In this document: positions 49,208-55,491 of the stretch, in pieces
Position numbering within the stretch: position 1 is the stretch's first letter
Layout: every line of letters begins with the position of its first letter
Assembly (NCBI GenBank): GCA_000934665.2
Contig: JYFJ02002099.1
Span: forward strand, 124,001-179,491
DNA from: Catajapyx aquilonaris
Lineage: Eukaryota
Direction: 5' to 3'
DNA length: 55,491 nucleotides
The notes under the pieces: model-generated
Told to the model about the DNA's origin: nothing
Databases searched by the model: none
What the model saw: only the letters and a program-made list of their open reading frames with translations
Made by a program: the position numbers and the translations under genes

Positions 49208-51584
49208 TCACATGAACGTGCCCATGTTGTTACCGCTGAAGCGGTCGTGCAGCGTTGTTCCAGTCGTTCCAGGCACAGCCCTGTAGTTAAGGGGTGCTGG
49301 AAACCCTCCCAAAAGCTGCTGCGTCCTTCGGGTACGATTACCCTGAATTGCTGCGATTTCTCGCTGGAGTTGAGGGTCCAGATATCCCTCCTCTCCCGCA
49401 TGAGAAAAAGTCCGTTGCACATGCCAACCTCCTCGCAGCCTTCCACGACCGCGGCCTCTTCCCCGACGAGAAATCAGATCATTGCTTATCGACACAGTCA
49501 AGCTGGAGCTGGGCTGCTCCAGAGCCCACCTGTGGAGATAATATCTTACAGTTAATGGATGCCAGTAATTACAGTAGTGCAAGCTAACCTGCTCCTACAC
49601 TGGATCAAGACAAAGGGTGGAATCTTCGTCCCACTGCTAGTTACTGCTAACTTAGCAGTACGAGTGTTGGCACTGGTACTCCCAAGTTAGCAGTACAGTA
49701 ACTACCAGAGAGATGAAAATTCCACCCATAGTGTTCACAACTTGTTAAAAATTTACGAGGACCCTGCTGCTGTCAACATCTTGGTAGTAATGAAACCCAT
49801 ATGGAGCAATGTCCACTGCAAAATGACTGACGTACCTGCCTGTGCCACCTCGTGCAGCTCCTCTTCCTCGGCCTCTCCCCCTGAGAGCTCCCCTGGCCCC
49901 ACCTCCTGCCCTCCCTAATATCATTACCCCACCCAATTGCCGCCCCCCACCCTGCACCATGTCTGAGCGCATTTGTGTGTAAGCGCCCCTAGCGCTCCCC
50001 CTTCTCCCGCCTCTCCCCCTGACCCCACCCCGGTAGCCCTGGGCCTGTTGTGCAGCAGCATATGAGGCCGTCCATATGCCTCTCTTCTGTGCCAGAATCT
50101 GGTCCCTTGCCTGGAATCGACCCTGCTGAAGTACCTGCTTGGCCCTCTGCACACGCTGACGGGCAACCTGTTGCTGTGAGGTCTGGCCCCCTCGAGTAAA
50201 ACGAGGTGTCGGCCGCTGTGGACATGAGTTTCACATTAATACTTCATCTTATATCAAGTTTTCACACTGCTGTTCTAACTTGAATGAGACATACCCAGAC
50301 AGCCTGCTCCTCAGCAGTCCTAGTCAAGGGTGACTTGTTGGTGAGGATTCCTCTTATGTTGCCACGCATCCCTCGCCCACGTGCTCCTCGTCCTCTTACA
50401 CTTCCTCCATACTGGTGCACCCGGTTCACCTGCCCAAATACCCATTATGAAATAAGCAAGCATGCCTCAACATCTGAGAGGTCAGCCTGATGTGCAAGTG
50501 AAGACCTCACTCATGGTCACTTGGTTCCAAAAACACCCACAGCAGTGTCACTGAGAATTAATATCATCATGCATCAAGTACTATCTGGAACTTGTATCAT
50601 TATATTGAGATAGTCAAGCAGCACATTGACAACTTGCATTATGAGTTATTCAAGTACACTGGATCTGCTGATTATGTCGTACCGGTAATGAAACGCAAAC
50701 ACTAACAAATGTTTTAGTAAAGCCAAAAAAAACTCTTGGAAGAGCCTTACATCAAAACTCCATCAAAATAAGCCACAGAAAGAGGCCATGAACTAGGCCT
50801 GGCTGCACAATTCAAGTGCAACTGATCAATTGCAGGTTTACTATATACAGGTGGACTTCACACCAAACCCAAACCAGTCCAAACACACTACAGTGTAGGT
50901 GCTTTTGGTTTTTGTGGTGCATTGTGGCAGGCCTGTGTATGCTGGTTGTTCCAAGTTCATAAGTCATTTTTCATTATCACTAATATTAACCAAAGTAGTA
51001 ATTTTTGTGTAGCTAGTTGTGCCCTGATCCAGTTGGCCCATTACTCCCAGGCAGTCGAATGTATCACTTTCAATGGAATTGGGCACCTGGATCGAGGCAC
51101 AACTAGCTACATCAAAAATAACAGCTTTGAGCAAAATTTCCTACAAAAGGACTCGGAACACCCTGTAAACTGGCAGGTCTCATTTTACTCCCCTGCAACC
51201 TACTTGCGTAATACAAGTAGTTTTTCACATGTTATACGTATGTAATTTCCCCACCCCCAACTTCCACACACTTACCCTAACCCGAGTGTCAACGACAGGG
51301 TAACTGACTTACATTGAACCGGACCTGCTTCCTAGGTGACCCCTGACCCTGGAAGGCGCCTCCTCTTCCCATCCCCTGCGCCCCTCGTCCTCCTCTTCCT
51401 CCCCTTCCTCCTCGCCCCTGGCCTCGCCCTCGGCCCCTTCCTCGCCCCCGCCCCCGCTCCCGGATGATCTCGTCTGAAAGCCCCAAAAAGACAGCGTCAG
51501 GCCGTCAGCTCTTTCTTTTTCTTCCCAAACCATATCAAACGGCTACATACCCAAACTCATATTCACGTAGTCCGACCCGTCCAT
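49208..51584 (-). CDS. FYTTD1: UAP56-interacting factor (UIF/FYTTD1)-like RGG-rich mRNA export adaptor (~327 aa)
   Basis: Exons 51551-51584, 51313-51473, 50295-50429, 49836-50167, 49208-49529 total 984 nt in frame. N-terminal UBM VNMSLDEII, RGG tracts, LTVSISN, C-terminal TGTTLHDRF. Confidence 0.7.
49615..49727. mobile_element. Palindromic MITE with ACTGCTA subterminal repeats
   Basis: gggtggaatcttcgtccc ... agatgaaaattccaccc; sister copy at 6949-7048. Confidence 0.75.
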
Positions 51585-52093
51585 GGTTCTAAGGGTGGGC
51601 CGACGGGCCGGGAATCCAACTGAAGGAAAAGAAAGAACGGACAACGACGGAGGGACGACGAGTCGGCGACCGCACGACAGAAACAACAAACGAAAGGCGT
51701 CGGGACCAGACAGACGATTCGCCAGTCTCCCACCAGGGGGACACGCTACTTCCGGCGTCAAAAACAACAGCGCTCAATCGGCTTACAATTAGGTTTAAAA
51801 TGTTCCATTCAATCTGCAAGATTTAATTATTTTAATCTTCACCTATTTAATCCCTTTCATTTTCTTAAAATAATAAGATTGCGTCGCAGCTTCACGCATG
51901 CTGTAAAGCAGCTACGTTATTGAATGATAACCAGTTATTTAAGTTACTTGTGATTTTTTTTAAAAAATGCCGTCATTATGATTGTGTCAATGAAAATGGC
52001 ATGAAAATTTTCATAAATGCAATGCTGTACTATTTGCGCCTATTTTAATGTTTGTAATGACAAGTTTGCAGAACATGTGACGATCGGGGGAAA

Positions 52094-55000
52094 ATGGCGG
52101 CCACTTACTCGTCTGCATTTCTTGGCTCCTTTAAAAAGTATGTTCATTTTCCCACATTTTATTACATAATCTAAGATTTTGCATGAAATTCAGTATGATT
52201 AAGGCAGCTAGGATTTCCATGAAAATTGTCGAAATCGCGGGGCTGACAAATAAAGTGATTAATGACCGTGAAATGAAAACAGGGCAATAAAATTAATTGT
52301 CATCATAACAGTATTTTTCTCATGAAAACCTCATTACTTGCGTAGGCATGAAGCAGTAAATTGCTGATTTTTCTCCATACATTTTGCACGTAGTGTCACA
52401 CAAGTCATTTTCCGCATTGCTAGAAGTGTTCTGATATTTTCAGGTACCTATACCGGCATGGCCTCTTTTTATTGCCGTGCACTCGCCATTGCCATCAATC
52501 TGCCAGGCCAATTGAGAAGATCCTTGTTGCAAACCGTGGAGAAATTGCCTGCCGAGTGTTCCGGAGCGCCCGACGTCTGGGCCTTCAGACTGTGGCAGTG
52601 TTTAGTGAAGCGGACAGGGATTCACTCCATGTGTCCATGGTAAAGGGATCTGAATTGAAGCTATCAGTATTATAAATTGTTATTCTGAAACTTGCAAGCT
52701 CCCTTTTCACTGTTGCATAAGCAGAATAAAACATTGATGTAATCTCCACTTCCTAAATTTTCCTTCTATTTCGGACCAAAAGTATCCGTGATTCTTGGGA
52801 AGTAGAGATTGCATCAATTTGTATACCAGTGCAAACCGGTGAGAAAATCATTCCACATCTTGTGGATTTCTATTTCAGGCCGATGAGGCGTACTGCGTAG
52901 GCCCAGCTGCAGCCACTGAAAGCTACTTGCGACAAGACCGCATTATTGCTGCTGCCAAAAGGTCAGGTGCACATGCAATTCACCCTGGATATGGTTTCCT
53001 CTCTGAAAACACAGAATTTGCTGAACTGTGTGGTAGAGAAGGAGTTACTTTTATTGGGCCACCCCCGTCTGCCATCAGGGACATGGGCATCAAAAGGTAA
53101 AGTAATTGGCACATTAATTCCACCTTACATTATTGAGTTTAATGAAATTAATGTTCTGTCTGTCAGCACATCAAAGTCAATCATGTCTGCAGCTGGGGTG
53201 CCAATCATTGAAGGCTACCATGGTGATGATCAATCAGTGGCCAAGCTAAAAAGTGAGGCAGAAAAAATAGGTTTTCCAGTCATGATTAAGGCTGTGAGAG
53301 GAGGAGGCGGAAAGGTAAATTATACAGAGTAATGTGCAGCCCCGTTGATTAATTACTCCCTCTCATTTAGGGCATGCGCATTGCCATGACTCCAGCAGAG
53401 TTTGAGCCCCAGCTGGAATCAGCCAAGCGTGAGGCTTCCAAGTCCTTTGGAAATGAGGATATGCTTGTGGAGAAGTTTGTAGAGAGGCCCAGGCATGTGG
53501 AGGTGCAAGTTTTTGGTGACACCCATGGCAACTATGTGTACCTGTTTGAGAGGGACTGTAGTGTTCAAAGAAGGCATCAGAAGATCATTGAGGAGGCACC
53601 TGGAGTATGCACACTTTTGGGGACTATGTTCACTTTAAAAAATAGTTGATTCATTAATATGAGTTGTCCAGGGTGTGTATTCTATGTCCATGAGGCTCAT
53701 TCACTGTACTGTATTGCAGCCAGGAATTACATCAGAGGTTCGCAAGGAATTAGGGGAAGCAGCAGTGAGGGCAGCACAAGCAGTTGGTTACGTGGGTGCC
53801 GGAACAGTTGAGTTTGTCATGGACACAAACCAGCGCTTCTTCTTCATGGAGATGAACACACGCCTGCAGGTGGAGCATCCTGTCACAGAGATGATTACAG
53901 GAACAGACCTGGTCGAGTGGCAGATCAAAGTTGCTAGTGGCCTGCCTCTTCCTACTCTACAACACGAGATCAATCTGAAGGGTCATTCATTTGAAGCACG
54001 AGTGTATGCTGAAGACCCTTCTGATGGGTTTCTGCCTGGGGCTGGCCCCTTGCTGCACCTCAGTATACCATCACCAGAGAGTGGGAGTGTTCGAGTGGAG
54101 ACTGGGGTGAGAGAAGGTGATCAGGTAAGCTTGTGATGATGATCAGCTGTTTATGCTTTATTCTGTGCCATTGTTCCCATTTTAAATATTACTGCCAAAT
54201 GCATCTCATTAAGTTTATGTATTTTAATTGAGATTTTTTAACCCTACATGATTCTTCCTCAGGTTAGTGTTCACTATGATCCCATGATTGCCAAGCTAGT
54301 GGTATGGGCAGAGAACAGAGAATTGGCCCTTATGAAGCTTAGGTCAGCACTGACCCGCTTTGAGGTGACTGGGGTCAGAACCAATGTGGATTTCCTCACA
54401 CGGTTGGCCACACACCCATCATTTGTGCAAGGGGATGTGCACACAGGATTTATTGACCAGCATGGAGCAGACCTTTTGGTCAACAGGAGGCCCTGCCCTG
54501 GTGTGCTTAGTCAGGTATGACAAGTTTCATGCCACATAAATCGCTCAAGACTAATTTGGCCTGCTTGCTTGACCACCATTGAAATGGCAATGAATAGGCT
54601 GTGTCTGCACTTGTGCTTCTGGAGGAATTGCAGTCTTTGCGGAGGATGTCCAGGACGGCTGATCCGTTCAGTCCCTTTGGAACGGAGGTTTCTACCAGGC
54701 TCAACCACCACTTGATGCGAAATATAACCCTCAAGCATGGGAATGACTGTAAGCGCAAACCTTTACAACTAAACGTGTAGAGTCAGTTCCCAATTTCTGA
54801 ATACCAGAGTTTAAAAAGTTTTTCCCAAAACCACTTATGGTTGCTAATTTTTGTAGTATTCAAGATTGGAGTGGCACATACAGATGTGGCTGGCCGCTTT
54901 TCCATGACTATTGGCGACAAGACATTTGAAGTGTCCGCTGAGTTGCAGGGTGGGAGTGGAGACACCCCAGAGATAGTGTGTGAGATTGATGGGATTCAGA

Positions 55001-55289
55001 GGTGCAGCAGGGTTGTCATGGACGGAAATGAGCTGATGCTGTTCACACCTGTAAGTATCTTCTAACATATTCCATCTACTGGAGTAATTAAAACTGTAAT
55101 TTAATGCAGGTTGGTAGCTTCCGGTTTGAGATCCCAGCCCCAGACTTTGTGTCGCAGCAAATGGGAAGTGGCAGGGTTGGAGATGCAGTGGCTCCAATGC
55201 CAGGGATTGTGGATAAGGTGTTTGTGAAGGACGGAGATCGAGTCAAGCAAGGGGATCCCCTTCTTGTCATGATTGCAATGAAGATGGAG
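52094..55289 (+). CDS. MCCC1: Methylcrotonoyl-CoA carboxylase alpha subunit (3' end beyond the window)
   Basis: [64 protein letters not shown], biotinyl domain APMPG...IAMKME; about 10 exons inside the window. Confidence 0.93.
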
Positions 55290-55491
55290 GCAAGTACCAA
55301 TGGCCTCACTCTGAAAGCCAACACATGTTATGGTGTCATACATAGGGGCTATGAACCCATAGATCAATATTGTTGTTTGAAGTTGGTTTGAAGTTGGTTG
55401 TCTCTAGGTTAAGGTTAGGTATTGGATGGAGGATGTTTAAGAAAAAACCTGAGGTGGTTGAGAGGATTAAGGTTGAGCAACTTCCTGCATT

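Noticed and set aside
55370..55491. Degenerate TTAGG-like and GTTTGAAGTTG repeats at the window end
   Set aside because: Too few and irregular for a telomere; lies within an MCCC1 intron, probably a repeat fragment.
1..55491. Prokaryotic-type systems (CRISPR arrays, operons, rRNA or intact tRNA genes)
   Set aside because: None seen; the sequence is spliceosomal-intron eukaryotic DNA, and most short ORFs in the track are antisense shadows of exons.

Overview
Gene-dense, intron-containing eukaryotic DNA, most likely a non-dipteran arthropod (tramtrack-type BTB domain, short GT-AG introns, CpG-poor gene bodies with CpG-rich promoters). Genes in order: a BTB/AT-hook transcription factor with three alternative 3' ends (+), an RNF168/RNF169-like RING E3 ligase (-), SMC4 (-), HTATSF1/Tat-SF1 (-), a spliced gene made of two tandem Sola-like transposase N-terminal domains (+), a catalytically degenerate Harbinger nuclease plus its Myb/SANT partner (-), UXS1 (+), TUBGCP3 (+), SUCLA2 (-), a UIF/FYTTD1-like RGG export adaptor (-), and MCCC1 (+, runs off the window). 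Introns carry two copies of a tRNA-derived SINE with different tails, a 5'-truncated LINE, a young hAT element with 212-bp TIRs, and many MITEs. Most notable: (1) an ~8-kb block of three apparently domesticated DNA-transposon genes, each unit arranged head-to-head with a housekeeping gene; (2) an orphan CpG-rich region at 7.1-8.1 kb with a ~270-nt structured-RNA candidate and a probable spliced non-coding transcript. Exon models were built by hand from splice signals and reading phase. Family assignments rest on recalled motifs, not database searches.
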